In this document: in pieces, positions 1 to 14,622 of the stretch | Position numbering within the stretch: position 1 is the first letter of the stretch | Layout: every line of letters starts with the position of its first letter | Source: the human T2T-CHM13v2.0 reference genome, Homo sapiens | Direction: 5' to 3' (one strand) | Assembly (NCBI RefSeq): GCF_009914755.1 | Contig: NC_060941.1 | Length of the DNA: 64,000 bases | Notes under the pieces: generated by a model | Told to the model about the DNA's origin: nothing | Seen by the model: the letters and a program-made list of their open reading frames with translations, nothing else | Databases searched by the model: none | Program-made: the position numbers and the translations under genes

Positions 1-135
1 GATGCATATATAAAAGTCAAGCCCTGTCTTTGTTCAGGGCTCAGCCTTTGGATGCTAATCCACTGGGCTGGTTCACACCTAATAAATCCTCCTGTCTCAC
101 CCATTGGTCTCTCTTGTCCCTTGATTCCTGCAACA
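1..135 (+). mobile_element. 3' part of an ERV1 LTR (LTR10-like), cut by the window edge
   Basis: TATA-like TATATAAAAG, GGGCTCAGCCTTTGGATG, AATAAA and terminal ...CCTGCAACA resemble the recalled LTR10 3' end. Confidence 0.65.
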
Positions 136-974
136 ATCTCTGGGAACATTCATTGCAGCCTCAGGAATATGCATAGTGGGTGATGGAGGAGGGGGCTAGG
201 AGAGCCCCCAGCAAGGGGCATGAGCTGCCCTTGATTTGCTGGAGTCCAAGGCCTGTCTAGGGAAGGAGTTGGGGGTGACTGAGGGGCAGCTGATGTGCAC
301 CAGGATCTCATTAGTCCTGTGCTTTACATCGATTCACAGGGCTCAGTGGCAGGGACATGCCAAAACGCACCCAAACTCAATACACAGGGAATGTGACTCT
401 GATCTATTTCTTCACTTAAGGGAGTCATTTCACAAACAGCAAGGGATGCCAGAAGACCTCAGAGTTCAAGAAAACTGCCTATTGTGTTTCCTAAAAATAA
501 GAAATCACTTTGAGCCCTGCACTGTTATAGGTAAAGGCAATTTCAGAAAGCCTTTAGTTCCATTGCCCAAGTTAAAAAAGGGATAATTTGTTTTAGTTTT
601 TATCCAATTTATACATATATCAAATTTGAAGACCCTGATAGGTCTATGAGGCTTGTTATTGGAAACCGTCCTCCCTCTTTCTCATCCCTGGAGGCAAGAA
701 CTTTCAAGATTTTAGCCCATTCTTGTGGTATTGATCTCTTTGCTTTATATAATAATCTTGCAGCTATTTCTATATTGTGTAGTGTTGGGCACTATCTCCT
801 GGTTTCCTACTGTGAATAAGATGGATTTAGCTCTTTTTTCTTCTCACTGCTCTTCCCCCATTCTCTTTCCTCCCAAAACATGGTGAAGATTTTGGTGAGA
901 TCACCACCAGGTTTATGTTACAATCCCTATGTAAGTGCTTTTATAGCAGGAACGTGCAGTGTCCTATGATTACT

Positions 975-1279
975 TTTTCTTTCTTTTTTTTTCCCCTTGG
1001 GACAGGGTCTCACTCTGTCACCCAGGCTGGGTGCAATGGCATGATCTCAGCTCACTGCAACCTCCACTTCTCCAGTTCAAGTGATTCTCCTGCCTCAGCC
1101 TCCTAAGTAGCTGGGATTACAGGCATGCACCACCATGCCCAGTTAATTTTTGTATTTTTAGTGGAAACGGGGTTTTACCATATTGGCCAGGCTGGTCTCA
1201 AACTCCTGACCTCAAATTATCCACTCACCTCAGCCTCTCAAAGTGTTGGGATTGCAGGCATGAGCCACTGCACCTGGCC
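975..1279 (-). mobile_element. Alu (AluS)
   Basis: Full antisense dimer; TSD GATTACTTTT(T)CT on both sides. Confidence 0.95.
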
Positions 1280-2006
1280 ACGATTACTTTTCTGCATACT
1301 ATGATGGCCCAGCCTTTCATCTTCCATGCAATTCATAACTGTCCTGGGTCTTTCATTTCTCTCGTTTTCTGTGGATTTTCCAATAATCCAATGCCAAGCT
1401 CTCTGCCAATTGTCTAGATTTCCCCAGAAGGTGTTCAGACAGATATACTATATGTTTCATTTTCCTGAAGAAACCCCTAACCAGCCTGTCAGAGGTGGGT
1501 GTTCTCCCAGCCTGCTGCTTAGTTGACATCTGGGACCTTCCATCACATCATTGTGGAGATTCTCTTTGCCTGTCTCCTGGGTTGGATCTCCTGTGTACTC
1601 TGTCCCCTGTATCTCTTTCTCTGTTTACCCTGCTTGTTGGGGACCAACCCATCTCTGCTGTTTTCATGAGAAACAGTGCCTGGAAGATAGACTTTTGACA
1701 TCTTGCATGTCTGACAATATCTTCATTTGACCTTTACACATAATTGGTAGCTTTGCTGGGTAAAGACTTATAGGTTGGTAATTATTTTCCTTTCAATGTG
1801 GATCCTTCAGTTTTGGGATTTTTAGTCAATTGTTCCTTTCATCATTTTCTCAGGTCCCCTTTCTGAAATTCCTTTTGTTTAAATATTATACCTTCTGGAC
1901 ATGTCTGCTAACATATTTTTCTCCTTTACACCTTTTTGTCTTTTGGGAGATATCTCTTCACTCTATCGTCTATCCTAATGAGTTTTTCATTTCTGCATAA
2001 TTTTAG

Positions 2007-2369
<363 letters not shown>

Positions 2370-2400
2370 TCATTATTTTTTTACAGCAATCTTTCCTCTC

Positions 2401-3298
2401 TGCAAACCAAAAATAAAATTCTAAGACCCCCACAGCCATCTAAAGGGACCCCTCCTCTTGGCCAAGGGCATTCCAAAGTTAAGCTGAAAAACAAGTTCAG
2501 GCCATGATGGGAAGAGGGAGCTGGACATGCCTCATTATCCCCTCTGCCCTTTTGGAATTATGGATAGAACAGACTCTGTACGTCTGAGAAGAAACATTTA
2601 CAGTCTATTCTCTCTGTATCCTGCTACCTGGAGTCTTTGTCTGCATGATAAAGCCTTGGTCTCCACAACCCCTTATGGTTACCCAGACATTCCTTTCTAG
2701 TGATTTGTTTTTTTTTTTTTTTTTTTTGAGACAGAGTCTTGCTCTATCACCCAGGCTGGAGTGCAGTGGTGCAATCTCGGCTCACTGCAAGCTCCACCTC
2801 CTGGGTTCATGCCATTCTCCTGCCTCAGCCTCCTGAGTAGCTGGGACTACAGGTGCCTGCCACCACTCCTGGCTAGTTTTTTTTATTTTGAGTAGAGATG
2901 GGGTTTCACCATGTTAGCCAGGATGGTCTCAATCTCCTGACCTCATGATCCGCCTGCCTGAGCCTCTCAAAGTGCTGGGATTACAGGCATGAGCCTCCGC
3001 ACCCAGCCATTCCTCTCTATTGAGAATAACTCTTTTGACCAATTGCCAGTCAGAAAGTCTTTGAATCCATCTATGACTTGGAAGCCCCACCCTGGTTGTC
3101 CCACATTTCCAGATGGATCCAATGTACATATTATATGTAGTGATTAATGTCTCATGTCTCCCTAAATGAATAAAACGAAGCCGTTCCCTGCCCACCTTGG
3201 GCACACGTCCTCAGGATCTCCTGAGGCTGTGTCCTTAACCTTTGCAAAATAAGCTTCCTAAATTGATTGAGACCTGTCTCAGATACTTTTGGTTTACA
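2401..3298 (+). mobile_element. MER4-family solo LTR (ERV1) interrupted by an Alu
   Basis: Starts TGCAAACCAAAAATAAAATTCTAAG and ends CTTTTGGTTTACA; MER4-type body. Confidence 0.85.
2705..3008 (-). mobile_element. Alu (AluY-like) inside the MER4 LTR
   Basis: TSD CATTCCT(T/C)TCTA(G/T)TGA; AluY diagnostics CTGCAAGCTCC and TTAGCCAGGATGG. Confidence 0.95.
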
Positions 3299-4194
3299 CT
3301 ACTGTGATGGATAGTTTTCTCTCTCTTTAAGTTTCCCTTTTCCTGCAAGGTCTCTGCCTCCTCCAAGCTGCTCTTTTTCCCATGCTTATTTAAGTTTCTG
3401 TCTTTCACATTAAAGTTCTCCTCAACTGTCTGGGGAGCCTTAGTTCCAGCTCATATTTGAAAGCTAACTGGAAGCTGCGCTTATGGATACAGCTTGTCAA
3501 TTGTGAGCTTCATGTAGCTGGTCTCTGGGCATCCCAATGTTGGTATCTCTAGGTTTTTCCTTTGGAGATTGTCAGATGACCTGGAGATCATTTCCATGTC
3601 CTGCCTAGCAATCTGGGAGCTGAGGGCGAGAAGAAGTCTGGGAGGTGGGGTTCCGCACTGAGTCTGCAAACCTTTACTAATTCTCCCTGCTCTCTGCTGT
3701 ATCTGGGGTGCTTCAGTGCCTCTATTTTTTTTCCTTTCCCTAGAGAATAGACCTTCCAGAGACTAAAGCTTCAGTTCTCTGCAGGGGTGAGGAAAAAGGG
3801 ACTTGCGATCTTCTTACACAGACTCTCAACTAATGGCTTTGTTTCTGTCACATGTTAATCTACATTTCCAGCAGACTATGGTAGTGGGGGCAGGTGGTCT
3901 GAGATGTAATCCAGGTTGCCTGTTGGCTTTTCTTACTCTTGATTGAGAAGCAGATTTCTTAGTTACAGCCCTTCCAACTGCTCCTCCAGCTGCTTTCCTG
4001 CTTCCAAAATTTTGTTGTAGTTATATCCTTTCACTTACCTTTTAAAACCTAATGGGCTTATGACTTAAAAGAAATCCTTTTATTGTTATTTTAGTGAGGC
4101 TTGAGATAGAGCAGTGCTAAATGCATGTGTTTAACCTGCGCCAACTTTAACTTTTTAAAATTACAAATAATACATGTTTACTGTAGCAAAATTA

Positions 4195-4545
<351 letters not shown>

Positions 4546-4726
4546 TTAGGAAAAATGATTGTTAATATTACAGAGGTAGGTCCTTCCATTACTTCATATA
4601 TATTAATTCTTTCTCACTATATTATATATGTATGCAATGATTGGAAATCAATAAACACACTATTTTTAATCTTAATGTGAACACCTTTCCAAGTCTCTAA
4701 ACATATTTCTAAAATGATTTTAATGG

Positions 4727-5020
<294 letters not shown>

Positions 5021-5160
5021 TTATTGTAATGGTTCATATTATTTCTTGAAATATTTTACAGTGTAGTGTATTTTTGTCCAGCCCTAAGTCATTGGCTATT
5101 TGGGTTTTGTCCACTGATTTTTCAGGATCATGATAGAAACTCTAATGGACAACCCTCTAA

Positions 5161-5229
5161 CAGCACCCCAGAATTCAGAATTCCTGACGGCGGGTTCCAG
5201 GCATCTGTATATTTTTAAAGCTCCCAAAG
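5161..5229 (+). repeat. 69-bp copy of 6771-6839 inserted into L1ME
   Basis: 63/69 identity with 6771-6839 by eye. Confidence 0.9.
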
Positions 5230-5654
5230 CTTTCTGTGATTCTTGATTATTTCCTCAGGATCAATTCCTAGAATTGCTGCACCAAAAGTATACTTAGAAT
5301 TCTTTTAATTCTTATTACCCAGTTGTCCCTCAGAAAGATAACGTGCATTTCACCATCAATTTGTCAGAACCTGGCTTCTTTACCTTTGCTGATACAGGTA
5401 TTAGATTTTAAAATGCCTCCCAGCCGAGAGGCCCAAATGGTGCATTGCCAATGTTTTGATTTGTGTTTCTTGGATTACTGCTGAGGCTGAGCATCTCTTC
5501 CTATTCATTGGCCGTGTATATTTCTTCATTTCTGAATGGACCTCACAGTGGATTTAAGATTTATAGTTACACTCAGATGTGCAGCAGAAATGTAACTTTC
5601 TTCATTTTTTTTTTATAACCAAGCTTAGCTTGGTCCTGAATTTCTACCATTTCC

Positions 5655-5905
5655 ACTCAGCAGAAACAAGCCAATTTTTTATTCAAAGTAACTTCTTGCT
5701 CAGTCACTTCCAGGTGACACGGTCTCACCTCCTGCACCCACTCCCATTCCTTTGGTCTCGATACTACTCTTTGGCACCTTGGTCCTTGGGGGCAGCCTCT
5801 GCACCGGCTGTGTCTGCTGCTGCTGCTGCTGCTGCTAGTAGTGTTCCCTGCTGTCCAGACCCCACCCTGGCTGGAATAGGAGCTGCAGAGGCCTGGGAGG
5901 TTGGA
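5655..5905 (-). other. Candidate terminal exon (lncRNA or decayed gene)
   Basis: Acceptor TTATTGCAG at 5906-5907, Ala-rich frame ending TAG at 5764-5766, AATAAA at 5678-5683; not an evident repeat. Confidence 0.3.
5814..5834. repeat. (CTG/CAG)7 trinucleotide repeat
   Basis: Direct reading. Confidence 0.95.
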
Positions 5906-6164
5906 CTGCAATAACAGTCTTTAGAGTCCAGCCCGGCCGGGTCTCTGAACCACACAGGAGGTGAGAACGACTCAGGAAGAGGGTTCCTCCACACCCCCTT
6001 CTCAGCTACCACTTGTACTCTCTTGATATCACCCCTCATTCCTCTCAGTGGCTGCCAGGGTTCTGGGTGGGAAGCAGACAAAAGACACTCTGCTCCCAGC
6101 CTTTTCTGGGGGCCAAGGAAAAATCTATGGCCACCTTGCTTGATCTTTCAAATTTCTCTCTTCC

Positions 6165-6453
6165 TTTTTTTTTGAGATGGAGTCTCACTCTGTTGCCCAG
6201 GCTGGAGTAGTGGCGTGATCTCGGCTCACTGCAAACTCTGCCTCCTGGGTTCAAGTGATCCTCCTTTCTCAGCCTCCTGAGTAGCTGGGACTACAGGTGC
6301 ACGCCACCACGTCCAGCTAATTTTTGTATTTTTAGGAGAGATGGGGTTTCACCATGTTGGCCAGGCTGGTCTTGAACTCCTGACCTCAAGCAATCCACCC
6401 ACCTCGGCCTCCCAAAGTGCTGGGATTACAGGCGTGAGCCACTGTGCTCGGCC
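6165..6453 (-). mobile_element. Alu (AluS)
   Basis: Full antisense dimer; TSD AAATTTCTCTCTTC. Confidence 0.95.
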
Positions 6454-6699
6454 AAATTTCTCTCTTCTTCTAAGAGAATTTGATTTGTTTTTGAGTGGAA
6501 AAACTGCTCTCGCCTCCTGTTTAGCATCCTCTCAACTCTGTGATCTTGGCTTTAGAGGCTTTGGCTTTGTTTTGTTTTTTTGTTTTGATGGCATTTGCAA
6601 AGAAAACTCTTTCTCTTGCAAATAAAAAATACTTTGACTATTGTTACAGGGAGGTCTTTAAAAGCTCCATTTTGAAAGTAAAATATGAGCAATACACTT

Positions 6700-6875
6700 A
6701 TTCCTGGGTTTGCACCGTAGGGTGCTCATTAGAATCACTTGGAGAGCTTTTAAAAACCCTGATGCTCAGGCAGCACCCCAGAATTCAGAATTCCTGACAG
6801 TGGGTTCCAGGCATCCATATATTTTTAAGGCTCCCGAAGGGATTCAAATGGGTAACCAGGGTAGAGAAGTACTTG
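6700..6875. mobile_element. MER5B-like hAT MITE
   Basis: CATTAGAATCACTTGGAGAGCTTTTAAAAA...GGCATCCATATATTTTTAAGGCTCCC. Confidence 0.75.
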
Positions 6876-7020
6876 TTCCAAGCTGCAACTGCCCTACCCA
6901 TTTCTGGGGCAATGGACCTAAGTAACCTCATGGCTCTTGAAGGCAGGGCTCCAAAGCACCCGGGAAACAAACTGGGCTGTGCCACTGAGGGCTGGGAATG
7001 CTGGCGCATGGGCTTCGCAC

Positions 7021-7124
7021 CTGCATCTCAGGGCCTTGGAGGCAGAAGGGGCTCTCAGCTGGGTGTGGATTCATCTCCAGCCGGCTTGACAGGCCTGAGA
7101 TGGAGGCTCACAGATGGAACCCTG
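7021..7124 (-). other. Candidate internal exon (NAGNAG acceptor, CAG/GTGCGA donor)
   Basis: Minus strand TCCCCTCTCCCCCTAG-CAG acceptor; donor at the 7021/7020 boundary. Confidence 0.25.
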
Positions 7125-7659
7125 CTAGGGGGAGAGGGGAGGAGGACTCTGCCCCTAGGTCCTCATTAGGCAGTGTAGGCGGGAAAGGACTTCCTCTGTT
7201 GCTGGAGTTTGTCAAAGATCAATATGCTGCAACATATGTTTTACAGCTTCCTGTGGTCTCTGATAAATCTCTGGAGACTCCTTTATTTGTCTTTTTTCCC
7301 CCTCAAGGTTATGAAGCCAACTGTTTTCCTCAGTGTACAGATGCGCGGAGGCAGGGAGCTCATTTCCGTGAGAAACTGGCTTCTGAGGATGGAGGCTTTG
7401 GGGGAAGCTGGCACTCGGCCTACAGGACAAAGTGGTTGGGGTGTGGCAGACGGTGGGCAGCGTCTCTCCTCGGTCATGCACAGAACACAGGACAGACCCC
7501 TTTGCAAAGACTGATAGAAGCGACTTTGCTGTTTCCTTCACAGCAGCGTGGTTTTTAGCTTTCTATGCGCAAGGCATTTTGATGGAGGAATTAGGCACGT
7601 TTCCTGCCCTCCAGACACTTGCAGGTAGCAGGGGAGATAACTAGCTACCATTATTTCCA

Positions 7660-8070
7660 GCACCAGCTGCATGTCAGGCACAGGTGATGGAGATGATAAT
7701 AGTATTAATAAAGCCTCCCACTTATTTAGCTGCTAATATGAGCTTGGCCCTTTAAAGCACTCTCTGTGTTCCTCACAGGAACTGGATGTAAGATGTCTTG
7801 CTACTGGAAGTGTGGCCCTGGACCAGTAGCTGCAGCTTTGCCTGAGACCTTCTTAGAAAGACAATCAGGCTCATCCCAGGCCCCTGAATCTGAATGCCTA
7901 GCCAAACAAGATCCCCAGGTGGTCCTGTATGGCTTGTCATCCCCATTTTACAGACAAGAAAACAGAGGCTCAGTGGGAATTGAGCAACTTGCTCAAGGCC
8001 ACAGGGCACCTAGAAGTTAAGTGGAGATTTGAACCCACATTCTGGTTCCAAGACCTGCTGGTTTCCCACT
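7660..8070 (-). mobile_element. MIR with a nested MER5A fragment (~7800-7925)
   Basis: MIR core CCCCATTTTACAGACAAGAAAACAGAGGCTCAG; MER5 phrase CTGAATCTGAA...AACAAGATCCCCAGGTG. Confidence 0.7.
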
Positions 8071-8793
8071 CTGCAATGCTGCCTCACGGGACTCAGCAGA
8101 TGTTGGTAAAGGCTAGACTGCAGTGCTATTGGAGAACTGAGGACTGGAGGAGGAACAGTCCCCAGATTTCAGATTTCAGATGGGGAAACAGCCAGGAGGG
8201 CTTCCTGGAGGAGGAGGTGTTTGAATCAGTCCTACAAGAGTGGGCAGGACCTGAAGAGAAGGGGCAGGCTTATTTGAGGTGGAGGAAGCAGCCTGAGCAA
8301 AGACAGGGAAGAGTGAGTATCGTTCATTCAGAACCTTCTCTTGGTGGCTGCAGACTCCTATGGCCAGACACAATACAGGATTTGAGATAGGATGGTGGCG
8401 ATTCAGGAAAGCTTTGATTTCCCATTTGTCTGTGACTGCCAGAGGAAGCAGCCACACAGCCTCTGCCCTGGCTGCAGGGTGCTTAGAAATGGACCTGCCT
8501 AGAGGGAGGTCTGGACCCTTGGCCCCTGCTTCTTTGGGTCTGCGGAACCCTTTCCTCCCATGATCCCCTGCTGTGCCATGCCTTGCCTTCCCCAACCTGC
8601 CCCATCATCCCTTCACTGCTGAACTCAGAGAAAGGCTCACATAGCCCTTGACCCCTGGACACAGAAACCCCCATCTCTAGGCAATAACCAGTGGTCCAAT
8701 TGGAGGTCATCATGGGACCTTGTCCCTGTTCCCTGTTCTGATTTTGGCAGTCAGCCATCTTCTCAAAATATAGATACCAACTGTGGTGGTGCC

Positions 8794-9253
8794 TGTCAAA
8801 GACAAAACCAAACACATAGGGAAATGGATTTTATTTATGTAATATGGAGCGCACCCGAGATCCGAAGATGAGAGTGTGTCTTCAGGGTGGTTTATAGACG
8901 TTTAGAGGGAGGAATAGCCAAGTTATAGGTAGGGTGATATTACAGTTAGGATTGTTTTTGTATTCAGAGAGTCTTCATCAATCAGCTGAACAGAAAATGT
9001 TTCTCTCTGTCTAGCTGGCTTCAGGAGGACAAACAATTCAGCCAACCATTTATGAGAAAAAGAATGGGAATTTAGAAAGTCCGTGTCTGGCCTTGTCCCG
9101 GGTTAACAAGGTGGTCATTCGCTAGTCTTATCTAAGTCATATGGGGGAGGGTGGTTCTTTGCAGTGAGCTGTTTTCCCAAACACAGAAGGGATGTGGGTA
9201 CTTCTTAACCATCACTGTTTTTGCAAAACACAGGGCTTAGGGAAATTTCAACA
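8794..9253 (-). mobile_element. Solo ERV LTR (family not assigned)
   Basis: TGTCAA...TTCAACA termini; AATAAA and TATAAA on the minus strand; ~460 bp. Confidence 0.6.
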
Positions 9254-9635
9254 TCATCATGTCAGAATTTCTATACACAGAGGTGGAAGGAGAACCATCT
9301 GATTAGGAGGTGAGGGCCAGAGTAGTCCTTTGAAGTTGTAATTCCAGAGAAAGGATGTTGATTTTATTTGGATTGTGTGTTAATACCGATCAATAAAAAT
9401 AGCAGAGTTTTCTAAGGATGCTCTTATTAATATTTTACATAAGTCTACAAAAGCATGAGTTTCTCACATCTAAAAGTATTTTTACAATCAACATCATATC
9501 ATGTTAATGATTGACATGTATGTCAAATGGAATGGAGAATATGGAGAGTGGAGGGTGCAGCTGAGGCTCCATGGCTGCCCTCTGAGCTACGCAGTGGCTG
9601 AGGTTTCCTGCCAGGGGAGGCAGGACGTTGCAGTG

Positions 9636-9800
9636 CAGGGCTTCTCAGATCTTCGTTTGTGGATTATGGCTTTGGAACCACCTGGGAGGCTTGCTAAAAT
9701 GCAGAATCCTAGGCCCCCATCAGGAGCTGCTGAATCAGAATCTGGGCATAGAGTGGAGTGGGGCTAGGGAGTCTGTACTTTTAACCAGCTCTCTGGTCCT
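9636..9800. mobile_element. MER5-type MITE
   Basis: CACCTGGGAGGCTTGCTAAAATGCAGAATCC...CTGAATCAGAATCT. Confidence 0.75.
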
Positions 9801-9809
9801 TGATGGGGT

Positions 9810-10140
9810 GAAGTCAGAGAAGCCTTCCTTGTGAGTCAGATGATAAAAGTGAGGCCTGAAGAATGAGTGGAGGGAGAGACGGAGAGAAGGAGCATTCCAG
9901 TCCCAGGGAAGAGAATGTGCAAAGGCCCTGAGGTAGAAAGCTGCCTGGGGCACTTATAGATCAGACCAAGTGTCCTTATGGCTGGAGAGAAGCTGGCCAG
10001 GAAGGGAAGGCGCAGTGTAAGCCTGCAGGGAGAGCCCTGGGCCAGGTCCAGTGGGGCCCAGAGAGCCCTCCTGAGCATTCTGGACTTCTTCCTGAGAGAT
10101 GTGGGTAGTCATCAAGGGTTTTAGTTGAGGGTGGGTGGGT
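9810..10140 (-). mobile_element. L2 fragment
   Basis: AGCATTCCAG...GGGAAGAGAATGTGCAAAGGCCCTGAGG. Confidence 0.7.
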
Positions 10141-10179
10141 GGGAGAGGTGGGAATGTGAGTTGATCACTGGCCCATCAC

Positions 10180-10930
10180 ACCCAAAGTGTCCAAAACTAA
10201 ACCTCCAGCCCTCAACCTACTCTCCTTCTCAGTGAGGGCCATCGCCCACCCAGACACCTCAGAAGGAAGCCTGGCCATCACCTGGATTCTGCTGACTTGT
10301 CCCAAACATCTCTCGAATCCATCTACTTCTCCCCCCTCACCCCCTCTCCTGCCATTACCTGAGATTGGGCAGTACCTTCTCTCACCTGGACAATGTCAGC
10401 AACCTGGGCTTCCTTCCCCCGGCTCGCTCTCCCCATGCCCACCCATTCTCCCTACGATGTAGACTGGCCTTTCTATTAGGCAGTGGTGAGAGATGAGACT
10501 GGAGAGATACTCAAACAGCTCGGTGATCCCCACTGCCTCTGGAAACTGTCCTCAACACCATGTGCTCCGTGCCCCCACCCTGCTCCCCTCTCTATCTCTT
10601 ACCACTGCCTACTCGACAGCCCTCCTCCCACTCCTACCCAGCACCTCCTCACCTCCAGGCTGCTCCACTCTGCCTGACACTTAGATCACTGACTCCAGCA
10701 CACAGTCCCAGCTCCAGGCCGCCTCGTCTGGAGGCCTTCCTTGACCCTCCCGGGCTGGGCCAGGAACTCCCGCTATGCAGTCTCCTCCCGCCTGCCTGCT
10801 CTTCTTGGGGTCTCTCCCAGAGGACCCTGGCCCCTTCTCAGGGGAGGATCTGGGTATTTCTTCCACTACTCCTGGCATCTGGCAGAGCAACTGATCTAGG
10901 AAGTGCTTTGTGGGTAAATGTTAGCTAAGC
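10180..10930 (+). mobile_element. L2 fragment
   Basis: C-rich L2 3'-region phrases (TGTCCAAAACTAAACCT, CTCACCTGGAC). Confidence 0.55.
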
Positions 10931-11074
10931 AAGGGTAGGTTTCTTGGCTTCCCCTGGATTGCCCAGTGTGGGGCCCTGATGGCAGCAGCAATCTGGTGGC
11001 CTCGGCCTGGGGCTGTTGCTTTCTGGAATATTCTCCTCCCAGCTCCTCGCCTCCCTGCCTCTTCATCTTCTCCC

Positions 11075-11240
11075 CTTTGGCTTTAATGCTTGTAAGACCA
11101 TCCAGGATAATTAAGAGAGAGGAGTTTTATGCTGTTTATGGGACTTTGATCAAAGATTTTAATTAACCTACCTTGCTTTAAGCCTTTAAAAGTTCATTCC
11201 CCAGGGCTGACCGTTTGATAATGGAATTAATGCTTCTAGG
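11075..11240. promoter_or_regulatory. Candidate enhancer (TCF/LEF plus homeodomain/CDX motifs)
   Basis: Palindrome CTTTGATCAAAG 11144-11155; TTTTATG and TTTATGG; TAATTA and TTAATTAA in non-repeat DNA. Confidence 0.4.
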
Positions 11241-11324
11241 CAGAGTGGGGGAGTGGGGGAAGCAGGAATCGGGAGGGCTGACAAGGAGGGCCTAGCGATT
11301 GTCTCATTAACCCTTCCCCAGATG

Positions 11325-11530
11325 GATAGATTTCGGCTCAACATAAAAGATTTGTCTCAGTCTGAGCTATTCACCTATGGAATGATGGGGTTGGAGTGGT
11401 GGTGAGACCCCCATCGCTGGAGGTATGCTAGCAGATACTAGACAGTCTCCTAGGAGGGAGGTTAGTCAGTCATCGCCTCATTGATCAGACGAGGTCACTT
11501 TTAGGGACCTGCCAGACCTACGAGTCATTC
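11325..11530 (+). mobile_element. L3/CR1 or MIR3 3'-end fragment
   Basis: GGTGGTGAGACCCCCATCGCTGGAGGTATG. Confidence 0.5.
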
Positions 11531-12698
11531 TCTCTCTCCCTATGCCATGCTGGGGAGGGGCAGGGTACACAGTCTGACTCATACCTGGAGCTTTGGGTTG
11601 AGGTCAAACCAGTAGTTCTAATAAGAAGACAAAGACTAAAGGCAGCAACTCCATGAAGCTAACATACCACTTGCAAAAAAATCACTCTTCCAACCAGCCT
11701 TCATGGAAGCTGCGCAGAGGGAATACTTATCTGTGCAGACACCACCTCATGGGTTCAGACCTGTGCATCTGCTTTAGAAGCCCCGAACTAGTTGTCACTG
11801 GGGAGGCAGTCCTGCAGGTAGGGGTTCCTGAGCAGACATGCACCAGACACCCCTGGAAAGAGACTTCCTGGAGCACAGGCCCTGCCTGTTCTCAGATGCC
11901 AGTGCCTTCCGGTAACAAGCACCTCCTTTAGCTCAGGTGAGGATCTTGGTGAGACAGTCTGCTGTTTTGAACTTGGGGGGAAAAGGGACTGCAGTCAGGA
12001 ATGTCTGTGGTAGGTGGGGTGGGGGATGCAGGAAGGAATTAGGGTTCTTAGCTAAGATCTATTGAGTTGATTATTTTCCAGGCACTGTGGCAAGTACTCT
12101 ATGTGTGTTAACTCATGTAATCTGGCTGGTATTATTTTTCCCATCTAATAGATGAGGAAATCTAGGCCCTTTGAAATACGGCTCCCCAGGGGATGGAGGA
12201 TGAAGGTCACAGAGTTTCTGGCCCTCTCTGGTCTGGACTCCAGCATGCTTTCCCCCAGCATTCCAGAAATTTTCCACTTACAAGAACTGGCTCATGTCTT
12301 CCCTACCATTCTTCAAGGTTTGGCTGAAATGTTGGTGCCCAGCGGCCCATGCCCCACCCAACTCCTCCCATCCTAAGCCCCTGGGAGCTTTCACTGGATT
12401 CCCAAAATACTCACTGGTACTTGTATTTTGCCAGTTATGTCCTTCTTTCTGGTGTTATAAATATCCGTTTTAATGCCCAATGCCCAACCCTCCGGCCGCT
12501 AGACAAAGATGATTTCAAGGTGGGAAGACCATGTTTAATTCATCTTTGTCTTATTCCTCCACCCAGCATAAACCCCACATTTCACAAGTGATGTTGAATA
12601 AAATGAAAGAGGAAAAGCTCCACTTCTACATCATTAGGTTCTGAGCTGATAAGTAGAAATATCAAGGTGTCAATCAACAAGCATTTCCTGAGTCCTGG

Positions 12699-13762
<1,064 letters not shown>

Positions 13763-13819
13763 CTGGAAACTATGTATCACCTGGGGGTGGGGAGGAGATG
13801 GGGTTGCTTGTCATCATAA

Positions 13820-14167
<348 letters not shown>

Positions 14168-14396
14168 TAACTTTGCTTTAAAATGCATATTTAACAATGA
14201 AATAAATGGCATTTTCTTTCATGTCTTAAAATCACCAACCAGAGGGCAAAAAGCCAAATTCCAAGTGGCTAAGCGTGACCCTTATAAGGGAACTGTCAGT
14301 TTCCCATTGGGTGGCCTAGGTTCAGAGGGAAGCCCCTGTTTACCCCAATTATGTCCAATGTCTCCAATGATACAGAGGAAAAGGAGCAATGTTTCT

Positions 14397-14622
14397 TTTT
14401 CTTTTCTTTTTTTTTTGAGATGGAGTCTCACTCTGTCACTCAGGCTGGGGTGCAGTGGTGTGGTCTCGGCTCACTGCAAGCTCTGACTCCCGGGTTCACA
14501 CCATTCTGCCTCAGCCTCCCGAGTAGCTGGGACTACAGGCACCTGCCACCACACCTGGCTAATTTTTTGTATTTTTAGTAGAGACAGGGTTTCATTATGT
14601 TGGCCAGGCTGGACTTGAACTC
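14397..14622 (-). mobile_element. 5'-truncated Alu
   Basis: TSD GGAGCAATGTT(T/A)CT at 14383 and 14623. Confidence 0.9.

Noticed and set aside
205-222. CTCF-like CCAGCAAGGGGCA
   Set aside because: Mismatch in the core; a single degenerate motif is not enough evidence.
6998-7558. 186-aa plus-strand ORF
   Set aside because: No recognisable homology or supporting gene structure; the length is plausible by chance in GC-richer DNA.
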